In this document: positions 9,177-20,631 of the stretch, one piece after another
How the letters are laid out: each line of letters opens with the position of its first letter
Position numbering within the stretch: position 1 is the first letter of the stretch
NCBI GenBank assembly: GCA_905212635.1
Contig: CAJMFH010000001.1
Coordinates: 17,576 to 81,575, forward strand
Direction of reading: 5' to 3'
DNA from: an uncultured Lachnoclostridium sp.
Lineage (GTDB): Bacteria > Bacillota > Clostridia > Lachnospirales > Lachnospiraceae
Length of the DNA stretch: 64,000 nt
Made by a program: the position numbers and the translations under genes
Notes under the pieces: generated by a model
Seen by the model: only the letters and a program-made list of their open reading frames with translations
Database searches by the model: none
What the model was told of the DNA's origin: nothing

Positions 9177-10073
9177 ATGCAGGGCTGGATCATTGTAAAC
9201 GGTTTTTTATATACATCCAAGTTTTCTGAATTAACCAACCTTTTTATGAAAGCAGCCGAAGAACACGATATAGAACTTTGTGTAAAGACAAACAGCGAGT
9301 GTTTTTTGGGAATGTTTGAACTGCCAACGGAAAAAAAGCCGGATTTTGTTCTCTTTTGGGACAAAGATATCCTTCTGGCAAAATATTTTGCTGCTTGTGG
9401 CATTCCGGTATACAATCCGGCGGAAGGGATTGAAATCTGCGATGACAAGCGGAAGACCGCCTTGGCACTTTCGATGCATGGTCTGCCGCAGCCGTTGACT
9501 TTCCCGGCACCAATGACCTATGAAAATATTGGTTTTCCGCATTTAGATTTTCTGTCACTGATAGAAAGCAAATTAAGATTTCCAATTATTGTAAAAGAAG
9601 CATTTGGATCTTTCGGACAGCAGGTATATATGGCAAACGATCACGAACAACTACGTACTTTAACAAAAAAACTGGAAACCGTTCCGTTTTTATATCAGCA
9701 GTTTATCCGGGAGAGCAGTGGCCGTGATATCCGTCTACAGGTTGTCGGAGACGAAGTGGTTGCCGCGATGGAGCGAACCTCGGAAACCGATTTTCGTGCC
9801 AATATTTCCAACGGCGGCACAATGAAAGCCTATCAGCCGGATCAAGAAGCTGTCACGCTTGCTGTAAAAGCATGCCGTGCTGTAAAATGTGATTTTGCCG
9901 GTGTTGATCTGCTTTTTGGTTCAGATGGTTACCTTGTATGTGAAGTAAACTCCAATGCGCATTTTAAAAATCTTTTGGATTGTACCGGGGTAAATACTGC
10001 CTTGTACATCTTACAATACATAAAAAAACAAGGGGAGAACCGGTATGGGAAAAGAACTATGGATGATCTATGA
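9177..10073 (+). CDS. RimK-family ATP-grasp ligase 1
   Basis: CDDK, KEAFGSFG, DIRLQVVG, FRANISNGG, GVDLL, EVNSN motifs. Confidence 0.88.
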   Translation: MQGWIIVNGFLYTSKFSELTNLFMKAAEEHDIELCVKTNSECFLGMFELPTEKKPDFVLFWDKDILLAKYFAACGIPVYNPAEGIEICDDKRKTALALSMHGLPQPLTFPAPMTYENIGFPHLDFLSLIESKLRFPIIVKEAFGSFGQQVYMANDHEQLRTLTKKLETVPFLYQQFIRESSGRDIRLQVVGDEVVAAMERTSETDFRANISNGGTMKAYQPDQEAVTLAVKACRAVKCDFAGVDLLFGSDGYLVCEVNSNAHFKNLLDCTGVNTALYILQYIKKQGENRYGKRTMDDL

Positions 10074-10962
10074 TAAAGCAGGACTTGACCGCAATTCTAC
10101 TTTTGTAGAACTGTTTGCTGAACGCGGCAAACCTTATGGTATTGCGGTAAAAGCTGTTCTTGATACCGAATATCTTTCCTTACTGGGAAAGGGCAGCCAG
10201 CCACAAGCCGTTCTTGTCCGGACAATCTGCCCGTCGATCAATGCAGAATTGGAAAAACGTCAGATTCCAGTGTGGAATTCGTCTTTTGTAAGCCGGATCT
10301 GCAATCACAAGGGAAAGACAAGAGAGTATCTGAAAGACACGATTTTCTGTACTCCGGCGGTATCCTGTAATAGTGACAAGATAAAAGAAATACTAGACTG
10401 TTCGGTGGAAGAAGTGCGGCAGTACCTATTGGAAAATTTGAAATTTTCTTCCAGTTTTTGCAAGCAGGAAAAAACAAGAATCTGCACAGCAAAGGATTTT
10501 GTGATTAAGACCGCAGATGGACACGGTGGAAGCGAAGTCTATTCGTTCCGAAACGAAGCTGCCAAACTGAAAAAGGTACTGAGAGAGACGGATTATGTTA
10601 TCCAGCCCATGCTTCCTGTCGGAAAAGAGAGCAGCGATATGCGTGTTTATGTATTGAAAGATCAGATTTATGCTGCCATACTGCGGCACTCGGATAAAGA
10701 TTTCCGTGCTAATTTTTCACGCGGCGGCAAAGTGAAGGCGGTTTCCAAAGACCAAATACCGCAAAAAGAAGTCGAAGCCATTTTGAAAAAATTTTCGTTT
10801 GGCATGGCGGGGATTGACTTTATTTTTGAGGAAGACGGAACTCCTGTTCTCAGCGAGATCGAGGATGTCGCCGGTACACGGATGCTTTACCGGTGCTGTC
10901 CGGAACTGGATATTGTGGCAGATTATATGAAAGAAATACAGAAAATGCTTTTCGATAAATAA
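10045..10962 (+). CDS. RimK-like ATP-grasp protein 2
   Basis: KTADGHGG, DMRVYV, FRANFSRGG, GIDF, EIED motifs. Overlaps ligase 1 by 29 nt. Confidence 0.8.
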   Translation: MGKELWMIYDKAGLDRNSTFVELFAERGKPYGIAVKAVLDTEYLSLLGKGSQPQAVLVRTICPSINAELEKRQIPVWNSSFVSRICNHKGKTREYLKDTIFCTPAVSCNSDKIKEILDCSVEEVRQYLLENLKFSSSFCKQEKTRICTAKDFVIKTADGHGGSEVYSFRNEAAKLKKVLRETDYVIQPMLPVGKESSDMRVYVLKDQIYAAILRHSDKDFRANFSRGGKVKAVSKDQIPQKEVEAILKKFSFGMAGIDFIFEEDGTPVLSEIEDVAGTRMLYRCCPELDIVADYMKEIQKMLFDK

Positions 10963-11012
10963 ATATTATGTTATACTTATTAAATACATGATTCTTTTAG
11001 GAGGAAGTTGAA

Positions 11013-12683
11013 ATGAAATCAGATATTGAAATCGCTATGGAGGCAGACCTGCTTCCGATTCAACAAGTAGCTGAAAAATTAAATATTACAATGGACGACC
11101 TGGATCTTTACGGAAAATATAAAGCAAAGATTACCGATGATCTTTGGGATCAGATCAAAGACCGCCCGAATGGAAAATTGATCCTTGTTACGGCAATCAA
11201 TCCGACACCCGCAGGAGAGGGAAAGACAACGACGACCGTAGGACTCGGTCAGGCAATGGATAAAATTGGGAAAAAAGCCATTATTGCCCTTCGCGAACCA
11301 TCTCTTGGACCATGTTTCGGATTAAAAGGCGGTGCCGCAGGAGGCGGCTATGCGCAGGTCGTTCCGATGGATGAACTGAATCTTCATTTTACCGGAGATT
11401 TTCATGCTATTACCTCTGCTAATAACCTTCTGGCAGCAATGCTTGATAATCATATCCAGCAGGGAAATGCTCTTCGCATCGATCCAAAGCAGATCGTGTG
11501 GAAACGCTGCGTCGATATGAATGACCGTGTTCTTCGTAATATTACCGTCGGACTGGGAAGAAAAGTAGATGGAGTAACCCGCGAAGATCATTTTATCATC
11601 ACGGTAGCTTCCGAGATCATGGCGATCCTTTGTCTGGCTGACAATATGAAAGATCTGAAAGAGCGTCTTGGACGTATCATCGTCGCTTATAATTATGATG
11701 GAGAACCGGTAACAGCGAAAGAGCTCAACGCAGTTGGTGCAATGGCTGCTCTGTTAAAAGAAGCATTGAAGCCAAACCTGATCCAGACACTGGAGCACAC
11801 ACCGGCACTCGTACACGGCGGGCCATTTGCCAATATCGCACATGGCTGCAACAGTGTAAGAGCAACGAAAACAGCCCTTAAATTAGCCGATTACACAATC
11901 ACGGAAGCCGGATTTGGAGCAGACCTCGGAGCTGAAAAATTCTTCGATATCAAATGCCGTATGGCGGATCTGAAACCGGACGCCGTAGTTCTTGTCGCTA
12001 CCGTACGTGCCCTCAAATACAATGGCGGCGTGAAGAAAGAAGATCTGGGTACAGAAAACTTAGAAGCTTTGAAAAAAGGAATTGTTAATCTTGAAAAACA
12101 CATTGAAAATGTATCCAAGTACGGCGTGCCTTGTGTCGTGACATTGAACCAGTTTGTAACCGATACCGAAGCAGAATTGAATTATGTAAAACAATTCTGC
12201 GAAGAGAGAGGCTGCGAATTTGCACTGTCACAGGTATGGGAAAAAGGTGGCGAAGGTGGTATCGAACTGGCAAATAAAGTAATTGATACCATTGAGAACA
12301 AAGAAAGCAATTTCCACTGTCTGTATGAAGATTCCAAATCTCTGACGGAAAAGATTGAGACGATTGCCAAAGAGATTTACGGAGCAAAAGAAGTAGTTTA
12401 TGATAAAGCCGTTGAAAAAGAACTGGCAAGACTGGAAAAATTAGGATTTTGCAATATGCCGATCTGCATGGCGAAAAATCAATATTCGCTTTCCGATGAT
12501 CCAACATTGCTTGGCCGTCCGAAAGACTTTACGATCCATATCCGTGAAGTTTATGTATCGGCAGGTGCCGGATTTGTCGTAGCAATCACCGGAACGGTTA
12601 TGACTATGCCTGGGCTTCCTAAGGTTCCAGCAGCAGAAGGCATTGATGTCGATGACAATGGACAGATCACAGGATTGTTCTAA
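11013..12683 (+). CDS. fhs: Formate--tetrahydrofolate ligase
   Basis: [38 protein letters not shown] motifs. Confidence 0.98.
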   Translation: MKSDIEIAMEADLLPIQQVAEKLNITMDDLDLYGKYKAKITDDLWDQIKDRPNGKLILVTAINPTPAGEGKTTTTVGLGQAMDKIGKKAIIALREPSLGPCFGLKGGAAGGGYAQVVPMDELNLHFTGDFHAITSANNLLAAMLDNHIQQGNALRIDPKQIVWKRCVDMNDRVLRNITVGLGRKVDGVTREDHFIITVASEIMAILCLADNMKDLKERLGRIIVAYNYDGEPVTAKELNAVGAMAALLKEALKPNLIQTLEHTPALVHGGPFANIAHGCNSVRATKTALKLADYTITEAGFGADLGAEKFFDIKCRMADLKPDAVVLVATVRALKYNGGVKKEDLGTENLEALKKGIVNLEKHIENVSKYGVPCVVTLNQFVTDTEAELNYVKQFCEERGCEFALSQVWEKGGEGGIELANKVIDTIENKESNFHCLYEDSKSLTEKIETIAKEIYGAKEVVYDKAVEKELARLEKLGFCNMPICMAKNQYSLSDDPTLLGRPKDFTIHIREVYVSAGAGFVVAITGTVMTMPGLPKVPAAEGIDVDDNGQITGLF

Positions 12684-12710
12684 AACAGAATTATCGGATA
12701 CTTAATATAA

Positions 12711-12756
12711 AAAGGCTCTAAACTTTACTTGAGGGTAAGTAAAGTTTGGAGCTTTT
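12711..12756. terminator. Bidirectional intrinsic terminator
   Basis: 20-bp inverted repeat between convergent fhs and the ABC ATPase gene. Confidence 0.8.
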
Positions 12757-12780
12757 CTATTTTATATGGGAATAATACTG

Positions 12781-13500
12781 CTAAATCGCTTTGATAAATG
12801 CTTTGGTTCTTTCATGCTGAGGATGTTCGAAGATTTCTTCCGGCGTACCTTCCTCTAAGATCACGCCATCTGCCATAAATAAAACACGGTTGGCAACTTC
12901 TTTCGCAAACCCCATCTCGTGGGTTACGACGACCATCGTCATACCTTCTTTGGCAAGATTTTTCATAACATCCAGAACTTCGCCGACCATTTCCGGATCA
13001 AGTGCAGAAGTTGGCTCATCAAACAACATGACCTGCGGATTCATGGCAAGAGATCTTGCGATGGCGACACGCTGTTTTTGTCCACCGGATAGGGTAGATG
13101 GATATACCGATGCCTTATCTTCAATCCCAACGCGGCGAAGCAGTTCAAGTGCCGCATCCTCGGCCTCTTTTTGCGGCATTTTCTTTAATTTGATCGGCGC
13201 GAGCGTCACATTTTCCAATATGGTTTTATGTGGAAACAGATTAAAATGCTGAAATACCATTCCAATCCGCTGGCGCATCTCATTGATGTCCGTGTGTGGA
13301 GAGAGAAGGTCCGTACCCTCGATATCAATTTCACCGCCGTCCGGCTCTTCAAGACGGTTCAGACAGCGAAGAAAGGTGCTTTTACCGGAACCGGAAGGAC
13401 CGATTACGACAACGCATTCCCCTTTTTCAATCGTTACATCAATTCCTTTTAACACGGTGAGATCACCAAAATTTTTCTTCAGATTTTTAACGGTTATCAC
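12781..13500 (-). CDS. Polar amino-acid ABC transporter ATP-binding protein (GlnQ-like)
   Basis: [27 protein letters not shown] motifs. Confidence 0.95.
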   Translation of the reverse strand: MITVKNLKKNFGDLTVLKGIDVTIEKGECVVVIGPSGSGKSTFLRCLNRLEEPDGGEIDIEGTDLLSPHTDINEMRQRIGMVFQHFNLFPHKTILENVTLAPIKLKKMPQKEAEDAALELLRRVGIEDKASVYPSTLSGGQKQRVAIARSLAMNPQVMLFDEPTSALDPEMVGEVLDVMKNLAKEGMTMVVVTHEMGFAKEVANRVLFMADGVILEEGTPEEIFEHPQHERTKAFIKAI

Positions 13501-14980
13501 TTTGACGCAGCCTCCTTTCCATGTATTGCAAAGCCTTTGTCATAATCTTAACAATGATATAGTAAATTATGGCAATTGCAATCAGTGGTAAAAATGTTTC
13601 GTAAGTTCTTGATATGATAAAGTCGGATGCTTTTGTCAGATCCGCAATTGCTACATAACCGACGATGGATGTCTCCTTTACGAGAGTGATCATTTCATTT
13701 CCAAGGGCAGGCAGAATATTTTTGATCGCCTGCGGAAGAATGATATAGCGCATCGTCTGGCGGTATGTAAAGCCAAGAGAACGTCCGCCTTCCATCTGAC
13801 CGGGATCTACGGCAAGAATACCGGCGCGGATATTTTCAGCGACATAAGCACCGCTGTTGATTCCAAAAGTAAGGATCGCAGCGACGATTCCCAGTTTGTT
13901 TTGGAAAATCACCATATAAATGATAAGCAGCTGCACCATAACCGGTGTACCACGCAGTATATCAATATATATATTTGCAACATGGGAGAGGAATGTTTTT
14001 TTCTTTTTGCGGACCTCTGTCAATTTCATCAAAGCGACAAGGAAACCGAGCACGATGCCAAGCAGTGCTGCCGCAAAGGAAATTCCCAGGGTGACACCAA
14101 GGCCTTTTCCTAAAAGGGCATAGCCTTTGGTATCAATAAATACATACTTAAATTTATTGAACAGATTGACAAAGAAATTGTCGGATTTTACGCTGGCACC
14201 ATTGGTATTTCCATTGATATATTCTTCAAAGATCTGATCAAAGGTACCATTTTCCTTGATTTTTTTCAATCCTTCGTTGATGTCATTTAACAGTTTCGTA
14301 TTGCCTTTCTGTACAGCGATTCCATACACTTCACTGGCTTCGGAATCCTGCACGCATTTCAGGCTGTCCTCGTTCAGCGAAACAAAACGTTCCGCCGGTG
14401 CTTTGTCGATCACGACCGCATCGACACCGCCGTTTTTTAACTCAATGATCGCGTCGGAACCTTTCTTAAAACGTTTTACGGTAGAATCTGTAAGGACAGA
14501 GTCATCGGTTCCCGGAGTTACCATTAGGTCACCTGTCGTTCCTTCCTGAACGGCGATCTTTTTGCCTTCCAGATCTTTCATGGCAGTTACCGGACTGTCT
14601 TTGGAAACGACGATACACTGCGTCGCTTCATAGTAGCCTTCCGAAAAATCTACAGACTGTTTTCGGTCTTCGGTAATTGTCATACCGGCAGCGACGGCAT
14701 CAAGCCCGCCGGTTTTCAGAGAAGCGGTAAGAGATTTGAATTCCATATTGGTAAATTCAACGTCATATCCCATTTCTTCTCCGATGGCTTTCATGACTGC
14801 GACATCAAAGCCGGCAATCTCTCCATTTTCGTCGATGTACTCAAAGGGAGGAAATTCTGCATTGGTTCCTACATGGATCACAGAATTCGCCGCCTTCTTT
14901 TCCTGACCGCATGCCGTAAAGACAAGCATGCTGAGTACGAGAAAAAGACTGAGCAAACCTATTTTTCGTTTTTGTTTCAT
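13487..14980 (-). CDS. Fused substrate-binding/permease subunit of a polar amino-acid ABC transporter
   Basis: Lipobox (FTAC), SBP family 3 domain (AEFPPFE), permease domain ([14 protein letters not shown]). Confidence 0.93.
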   Translation of the reverse strand: MKQKRKIGLLSLFLVLSMLVFTACGQEKKAANSVIHVGTNAEFPPFEYIDENGEIAGFDVAVMKAIGEEMGYDVEFTNMEFKSLTASLKTGGLDAVAAGMTITEDRKQSVDFSEGYYEATQCIVVSKDSPVTAMKDLEGKKIAVQEGTTGDLMVTPGTDDSVLTDSTVKRFKKGSDAIIELKNGGVDAVVIDKAPAERFVSLNEDSLKCVQDSEASEVYGIAVQKGNTKLLNDINEGLKKIKENGTFDQIFEEYINGNTNGASVKSDNFFVNLFNKFKYVFIDTKGYALLGKGLGVTLGISFAAALLGIVLGFLVALMKLTEVRKKKKTFLSHVANIYIDILRGTPVMVQLLIIYMVIFQNKLGIVAAILTFGINSGAYVAENIRAGILAVDPGQMEGGRSLGFTYRQTMRYIILPQAIKNILPALGNEMITLVKETSIVGYVAIADLTKASDFIISRTYETFLPLIAIAIIYYIIVKIMTKALQYMERRLRQSDNR

Positions 14981-14983
14981 TTT

Positions 14984-15424
14984 TTAAAACTCCTTTTCCT
15001 GGGCTGGTTTAAATTTCTGCTCACAATACAGACAACGGTAAATACGATGTTTCCGGTCTGTCAATTTAAAGCGGTGTGGAAGTTCCTGCTCGATGGAAGT
15101 AATACATCTTGGATTTTTGCATTTGATGATATTTGTAACCATCTCAGGAAGTGTAAGAGTACGTTTCTGTACAATCTTATCATTTTCAATCATATTGATC
15201 GTGATATTGTCATCTAACACACCAAGGATATCAAGATCTACGCAGAGAGGTCCTTCGATCTTAATGATATCTTTTTTCCCCATTTTATTGCTTTTTGCAT
15301 TTTTGATAATGGCTACACTGCAGTCAAGTTTTTCAAGATTCAGGTAATGATAAATCTGCATCGCATGACCTGCCTTGATATGATCAATGACAACTCCCTG
15401 ATTCAATCCACCAATATTTAACAT
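14984..15424 (-). CDS. pyrI: Aspartate carbamoyltransferase regulatory subunit
   Basis: VIDHI motif and Zn site CKNPRC...CLYCE. Confidence 0.93.
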   Translation of the reverse strand: MLNIGGLNQGVVIDHIKAGHAMQIYHYLNLEKLDCSVAIIKNAKSNKMGKKDIIKIEGPLCVDLDILGVLDDNITINMIENDKIVQKRTLTLPEMVTNIIKCKNPRCITSIEQELPHRFKLTDRKHRIYRCLYCEQKFKPAQEKEF

Positions 15425-15442
15425 AATTACGTTCTCCTTTCT

Positions 15443-16357
15443 TTAGGCAAGCTCCAATAACCGAAGTATCAAAGCCATGCGGATGTAAACACCAAATTTT
15501 GCCTGTTTGAAATATACGGCACGCGGATCGTCATCTACTTCCGTGGCAATTTCATTGACACGTGGGAGAGGGTGAAGTACGAGCATATCTTCCGGTGCCA
15601 TCGCCATTTTCGCCTTGTCGAGGATAAAACTGTCACGCAGACGGATATAATCTTCTTCATTAAAGAAACGTTCTCTCTGTACACGGGTCATATACAGAAT
15701 GTCGAGATCTCCGATGACCGAATCCAGATCAGAAACTTCCTGAAATGGAATATTGTTTTCTTCCAATGTTTCTTTTCTCAGATAATCCGGGATGCGAAGC
15801 TCCGGAGGGGAGATCAGGACAAATTCAATACCCGGATAGCGTACCATCGCACCGATCAGGGAATGAACGGTTCGTCCAAATTTCAAGTCTCCGCAAAAAC
15901 CAATTTTCAAATGGTCGAGACGTCCCTTCAGATTTTTGATCGTAAGAAGATCGGTCAATGTCTGAGTCGGGTGATTGTGTCCACCGTCACCGGCATTGAT
16001 CACCGGGATAGAAGAGTGCATGGACGCTACAAGCGGTGCACCTTCTTTGGGATGACGCATCGCACAGATGTCCGCATACGAAGAGATGACACGGATCGTA
16101 TCGGATACGCTTTCGCCTTTGGAAGCTGAACTTGAATCAGCAGAAGAAAAACCAAGAACACTGCCACCCAGATTTAACATCGCCGCTTCAAAACTAAGTC
16201 TGGTTCGTGTGCTTGGTTCATAAAAACAAGTTGCCAGTTTTTTTCCTTTACAGATTTCTGCATATTCTTCCGGATGTTTCATGATTTTCTGAGCCAGTGC
16301 GATCAGATCATCAAGTTCATCTACGGATAAATCCAATGCATTCATTATGTGTCGCAT
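15443..16357 (-). CDS. pyrB: Aspartate carbamoyltransferase catalytic subunit
   Basis: [21 protein letters not shown] motifs. Probable ATG at 16357 after GGAGG. Confidence 0.97.
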   Translation of the reverse strand: MRHIMNALDLSVDELDDLIALAQKIMKHPEEYAEICKGKKLATCFYEPSTRTRLSFEAAMLNLGGSVLGFSSADSSSASKGESVSDTIRVISSYADICAMRHPKEGAPLVASMHSSIPVINAGDGGHNHPTQTLTDLLTIKNLKGRLDHLKIGFCGDLKFGRTVHSLIGAMVRYPGIEFVLISPPELRIPDYLRKETLEENNIPFQEVSDLDSVIGDLDILYMTRVQRERFFNEEDYIRLRDSFILDKAKMAMAPEDMLVLHPLPRVNEIATEVDDDPRAVYFKQAKFGVYIRMALILRLLELA

Positions 16358-16428
16358 AAGTACCTCCCTTGTCGGTTGCATATTTTTATCCATTGTACAA
16401 CAATTTATAAGAAAAAACAATAATATAT

Positions 16429-16457
16429 TTGCAAAAATCTTCATTTAGAAGTATAAT
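16429..16457 (+). promoter_or_regulatory. Sigma-A promoter for the hydratase
   Basis: TTGCAA-N17-TATAAT. Confidence 0.7.
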
Positions 16458-16514
16458 ACTAAATTGGGGTAATCATTTTGACACAAGCCCCCGTTTTGAA
16501 AGGAGAGAAACCAA

Positions 16515-18800
16515 ATGGTAAAATTACACGAACAGGGAGCTTACCTGGTAAATGGAACCGATCTGATTCCAGACAGCGCAGAAGCTCTTTCCGCAGTAAA
16601 AAGTAAGACAGGTGTGGATACAACACAGACAGAAGCAGCCAAAGGGACAATGGCATATCGGATCTTAAAAGCCCATAACACATCCGATAATATGGAACAA
16701 TTAAAGATTAAATTTGACAAATTAACATCCCACGATATTACTTTTGTAGGTATTTTGCAGACCGCCAGAGCATCGGGACTGGAAAAGTTCCCAGTGCCTT
16801 ATGTATTGACAAACTGCCATAACAGTTTATGTGCAGTAGGGGGAACCATCAATGAAGACGATCATGTATTTGGTCTTTCCTGTGCAAAGAAATACGGTGG
16901 AATCTATGTACCACCTCATCAAGCAGTCATTCACCAGTTTGCCCGCGAAATGCTTGCCGGCGGCGGTAAAATGATCCTTGGATCCGACAGCCATACCCGT
17001 TATGGTGCCCTTGGTACGATGGCAATGGGTGAAGGTGGTCCGGAGATCGTAAAACAGCTTCTGGAGCAAACCTATGATATTCCGATGCCGGGTGTCGTAG
17101 CTATCCATCTTACCGGAAAACCGGAAAAAGGCGTCGGCCCTCAGGATATCGCACTGGCAATCATCGGTGCTGTATTTGAAAATGGTTATGTAAATAATAA
17201 AGTAATGGAATTTATCGGTAATGGAATTGACAACCTGAGCGTGGATTACCGTATTGGCGTTGACGTTATGACAACAGAGACAACCTGTCTGTCTTCCATC
17301 TGGAGAACCGATGATAAAGTAAAAGAATTTTACGACATTCATGGCAGAAGCGAAGATTTCGCTGAGATCAAGCCGGAGCAGGTGGCTTACTATGACGGCG
17401 TGGTAGAAGTAGATCTTTCGACGATCAAACCAATGATCGCGATGCCATTCCATCCAAGTAATGTATATTCCATCGAGGAATTGAACAACAACCTGGAAGA
17501 TATTTTACGCGACGTGGAGAAAAAAGCTCTCGTAAGCCTTGACAATAACAAAGACATCAACTTTACATTGACAGACAAGATCCACAATGGAAAATTGTAC
17601 GTAGAGCAGGGTGTTATCGCAGGCTGCGCCGGCGGTGGATTTGAAAATATCTGTGATGCAGCGGATATTCTCCGCGGCAAATACATCGGTTCGGATGAGT
17701 TCTCACTGAGTGTATATCCGACCAGCCAGCCGATCTTTATGGAATTGGTAAAAAATGGTGCTATCGCAGATCTTATGGAAACAGGTGCTACCGTACGTAC
17801 TGCTTTCTGCGGACCATGTTTTGGTGCCGGCGATGTGCCTAGCAACAAGGGGCTCAGTATCCGTCATTCGACACGTAACTTCCCGAACCGTGAAGGTTCG
17901 AAAGTTACCAACGGACAGATTGCTTCCGTTGCCCTTATGGATGCCCGTTCCATCGCAGCAACCGCCGCAAACAAAGGATATCTTACGGCAGCAACCGACG
18001 TGGATGTCAACTTCACAAAACCAAAATACTTCTTTGATAAGAAGATTTATGAAAACCGTGTATACAATGGTGTCGGAAAAGCCGATCCATCGGTTGAGAT
18101 CAAATTTGGTCCAAACATCGTAGACTGGCCGGAAATGTTCCCGCTTACCGACAATGTGCTTTTGAAGACCGTTTCGATGATCCATGACCCGGTTACTACA
18201 ACCGACGAATTGATCCCATCCGGAGAAACGTCTTCTTACCGTTCCAATCCACTGGGACTTGCCGAATTTACTCTTTCCCGTAAAGATCCGGCATACGTTG
18301 GAAAAGCAAAAGAAGTACAGAAGGCAGAAAAAGCCCGTCTTGCCGGAGAAGACATCTACGCCGTAGATCCACAGCTCAAAGACGTATACGAGACGATTCA
18401 GAAATCTTTCGATGTAAAACCGGAAGAAACGGAGATCGGAAGTGTCATCTTTGCTGTAAAACCGGGAGATGGTTCCGCTCGTGAGCAGGCAGCAAGCTGC
18501 CAGAGAGTTCTCGGAGGTATGGCCAATATTGCGCGTGAATATGCAACAAAACGTTATCGCTCCAACCTGATCAACTGGGGAATGCTTCCATTTATCTTTG
18601 ATGGCGACCTTCCATTTGATAAAGATGACTACATCCTTGTCAAAGACGTGAAAGATGCCATTGCCAATAAAAAAGACAGCGTAAAGGCTTACGTTGTAAA
18701 CAAAGGCATGAAAGAGATGGAATTCAAACTCGGCAGATTGACCGATGACGAGAGAGAGATCATCTTGAAAGGCTGTCTGATCAACTATAATAAGAAATAG
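16515..18800 (+). CDS. Aconitase-family hydratase (YbhJ-like)
   Basis: GSDSHT, Fe-S cysteines in GCAGG and CGPCFG, RNFPNR, TTDELIP, GSAREQA. Confidence 0.9.
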   Translation: MVKLHEQGAYLVNGTDLIPDSAEALSAVKSKTGVDTTQTEAAKGTMAYRILKAHNTSDNMEQLKIKFDKLTSHDITFVGILQTARASGLEKFPVPYVLTNCHNSLCAVGGTINEDDHVFGLSCAKKYGGIYVPPHQAVIHQFAREMLAGGGKMILGSDSHTRYGALGTMAMGEGGPEIVKQLLEQTYDIPMPGVVAIHLTGKPEKGVGPQDIALAIIGAVFENGYVNNKVMEFIGNGIDNLSVDYRIGVDVMTTETTCLSSIWRTDDKVKEFYDIHGRSEDFAEIKPEQVAYYDGVVEVDLSTIKPMIAMPFHPSNVYSIEELNNNLEDILRDVEKKALVSLDNNKDINFTLTDKIHNGKLYVEQGVIAGCAGGGFENICDAADILRGKYIGSDEFSLSVYPTSQPIFMELVKNGAIADLMETGATVRTAFCGPCFGAGDVPSNKGLSIRHSTRNFPNREGSKVTNGQIASVALMDARSIAATAANKGYLTAATDVDVNFTKPKYFFDKKIYENRVYNGVGKADPSVEIKFGPNIVDWPEMFPLTDNVLLKTVSMIHDPVTTTDELIPSGETSSYRSNPLGLAEFTLSRKDPAYVGKAKEVQKAEKARLAGEDIYAVDPQLKDVYETIQKSFDVKPEETEIGSVIFAVKPGDGSAREQAASCQRVLGGMANIAREYATKRYRSNLINWGMLPFIFDGDLPFDKDDYILVKDVKDAIANKKDSVKAYVVNKGMKEMEFKLGRLTDDEREIILKGCLINYNKK

Positions 18801-18827
18801 GATGAAATTATAGCATATAATTACATG

Positions 18828-18866
18828 ACGGCAAATCTAAAATCAGACTTTAGGTTTGCCGTTTTT
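18828..18866 (+). terminator. Intrinsic terminator after the hydratase
   Basis: ACGGCAAATCTAAA / TTTAGGTTTGCCGT followed by a T run. Confidence 0.8.
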
Positions 18867-18889
18867 ATCCATAGTGAGGAGTAAATATT

Positions 18890-20377
18890 ATGAAAAAACT
18901 AACAACCATTTTCCCGCTATGCCTGTTACTGGCAGGCTTGATCCTGACGGGATGTGCAGATTCTACGCAAAATTCAAAACCTTCCGAAGAGACCACCACA
19001 TCTGCGGTTACTACTACATTATCTGCAACTAGTACCACATCTTCGGCAATTAGCGCGTCATCCTCTGCGATGCAGCCGGTAGATCCATTATCAGTAGAAG
19101 GGCAGTTAAAAACCATCGCCGAAGCAAAAGATAAGATTGCAACCCGTGGGAAATATGATGCAAACTATCATTATGCCGTGACAGATCTGGATCAAAACGG
19201 ACGGCTGGAATTGATTATAGCAACTGAAATGAATGGAACGGGTCATATTACCCATAACTGGTACTACGAGATCAGCAAAGATGGTTCAAAATTGAAAAAA
19301 TGCAAAGGAAAAGCCTTTGGAAAAGAAGGGCATGACATTTTAGATGCCATTAATACTGTCTATATTGATCAAAAAGAGCATAATTACTACTATAGAGTGT
19401 ATGGCATAACCCATGTGTCCGGCGGCGAAAATTATGAGTCACTCGGATTTCTGCAATTGAAAAATGGTACATTTACCGATAATTACCTTGCAGGAGGCTC
19501 TCATATTGTTTCTAAAAAAGGAAAAGGAAAATTAAAGAACAGTTACTATAAGTTGACAAAAAATGGAAATAAGAAAACCGCCAAAATAACGAGAAAGCAA
19601 TACTCGAATATGGATTCTTTGATGAAGGAAAAATATGGAAAATTAAAAAAAGAATCCGTTGCGATTCAATGGTTTTCGTATCAACAGCCAATGTCTAAAG
19701 TGACAGAAGAGCAGTTTCTGCATAAATTGCAAAAATCTCAGAAAAATTTTGCAATTGGCAAAAAAGTAAAACAATTTCAGGAATATATCTGGTGTGATTA
19801 TCTGAAAAACCTGAAAAATATTGACTGGGAAGAACAACAGTATAATATGTGTCCGGAAGATTATACCATGCTTGCCAAATATTTACCTATGTTGAAAAAT
19901 GAGCAGAAAATTCACTTTCCGGATGGAACAGAACAGACTTTGGACGAATATCTGACAGGAAAGGAAGATATTTATCGTCAGGTCCAGTTGATTGACCTGA
20001 CCGGGGACGGAATCAAAGAATTAATACTTTCTCTTGATGAATATGTTATTTTCTCCTATCAAAACGGGGAATATGCTGCATTTTTATCCAGTGAGGCGGC
20101 ATTTGAACTTAAACCCGGTGGTTATTTTAGCTATGATGAAACCGATGACAACGACAATATTTGTGCCAGTATTATCAGCAAATTACAATACAAAGACGGA
20201 AAACTGAAGGAAGTTGTTGTTGGAAAAAATGAAGACTTTCTTCTCGGCAGGGGTTACTGGATCAATAATGAAAGCGTATCCCCGGAAGCCTATGAAGAAT
20301 GGGAAGATAAGGAAATTGATCCGGATGATCAGCAGTATTCGGTGTATGCGTATGTGCTGGAAGAGAAAAATGAGTAG
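18890..20377 (+). CDS. Lipoprotein of unknown function with two DxDxDG-type loops
   Basis: Lipobox LILTGC, Ser/Thr linker, DLDQNGRLELII and DLTGDGIKELIL motifs. GAGGAG RBS. Confidence 0.8.
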   Translation: MKKLTTIFPLCLLLAGLILTGCADSTQNSKPSEETTTSAVTTTLSATSTTSSAISASSSAMQPVDPLSVEGQLKTIAEAKDKIATRGKYDANYHYAVTDLDQNGRLELIIATEMNGTGHITHNWYYEISKDGSKLKKCKGKAFGKEGHDILDAINTVYIDQKEHNYYYRVYGITHVSGGENYESLGFLQLKNGTFTDNYLAGGSHIVSKKGKGKLKNSYYKLTKNGNKKTAKITRKQYSNMDSLMKEKYGKLKKESVAIQWFSYQQPMSKVTEEQFLHKLQKSQKNFAIGKKVKQFQEYIWCDYLKNLKNIDWEEQQYNMCPEDYTMLAKYLPMLKNEQKIHFPDGTEQTLDEYLTGKEDIYRQVQLIDLTGDGIKELILSLDEYVIFSYQNGEYAAFLSSEAAFELKPGGYFSYDETDDNDNICASIISKLQYKDGKLKEVVVGKNEDFLLGRGYWINNESVSPEAYEEWEDKEIDPDDQQYSVYAYVLEEKNE

Positions 20378-20443
20378 GGAAGTGAAACTTTATTGGCGAA
20401 GCAGATACTTTTGTTTGTCACAGAAAGTTTACATTTTGTTCGG

Positions 20444-20472
20444 TTGTTTGTTTGTGCTGACTAATATATAAT
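20444..20472 (+). promoter_or_regulatory. Sigma-A promoter of the type III TA module
   Basis: TTGTTT-N17-TATAAT, ending 8 nt before the first repeat. Confidence 0.7.
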
Positions 20473-20480
20473 AATATCAT

Positions 20481-20582
20481 AAAATATTCGTCGCCACCTG
20501 TAAGGCGAATCATAAAAGCACAGGAACAAAATATTCATCGCCACCTGTAAGGCGAATCATAAAAGCACAGGAACAAAATATT
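20481..20582 (+). ncRNA. Type III antitoxin RNA (CptI-like): 2.2 tandem 47-nt repeats
   Basis: Unit AAAATATTCRTCGCCACCTGTAAGGCGAATCATAAAAGCACAGGAAC at 20481-20527 and 20528-20574 (one mismatch), plus partial AAAATATT. Each unit can form an H-type pseudoknot. Confidence 0.9.
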
Positions 20583-20584
20583 AG

Positions 20585-20613
20585 AAAGATTCCTTTTTGA
20601 AGGGATCTTTTTT
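20585..20613 (+). terminator. Intrinsic terminator between antitoxin repeats and toxin
   Basis: AAAGATTCCTT-tttg-AAGGGATCTTT followed by TTT. Confidence 0.88.
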
Positions 20614-20631
20614 CTTATACGAGGGATATAT

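Noticed and set aside
10949..10976. dif-like sequence (TTTTCGATAAA TAAATA TTATGTTATAC)
   Set aside because: Only the XerD-like arm resembles dif. It coincides with the fhs extended -10 promoter, and gene orientation bias does not switch here.
10963..11012. THF or ZTP riboswitch upstream of fhs
   Set aside because: The leader is under 40 nt and unstructured.
20481..20582. Repeats as a CRISPR mini-array
   Set aside because: The units are contiguous with no unique spacers, no cas genes are present, and the layout fits a type III antitoxin.
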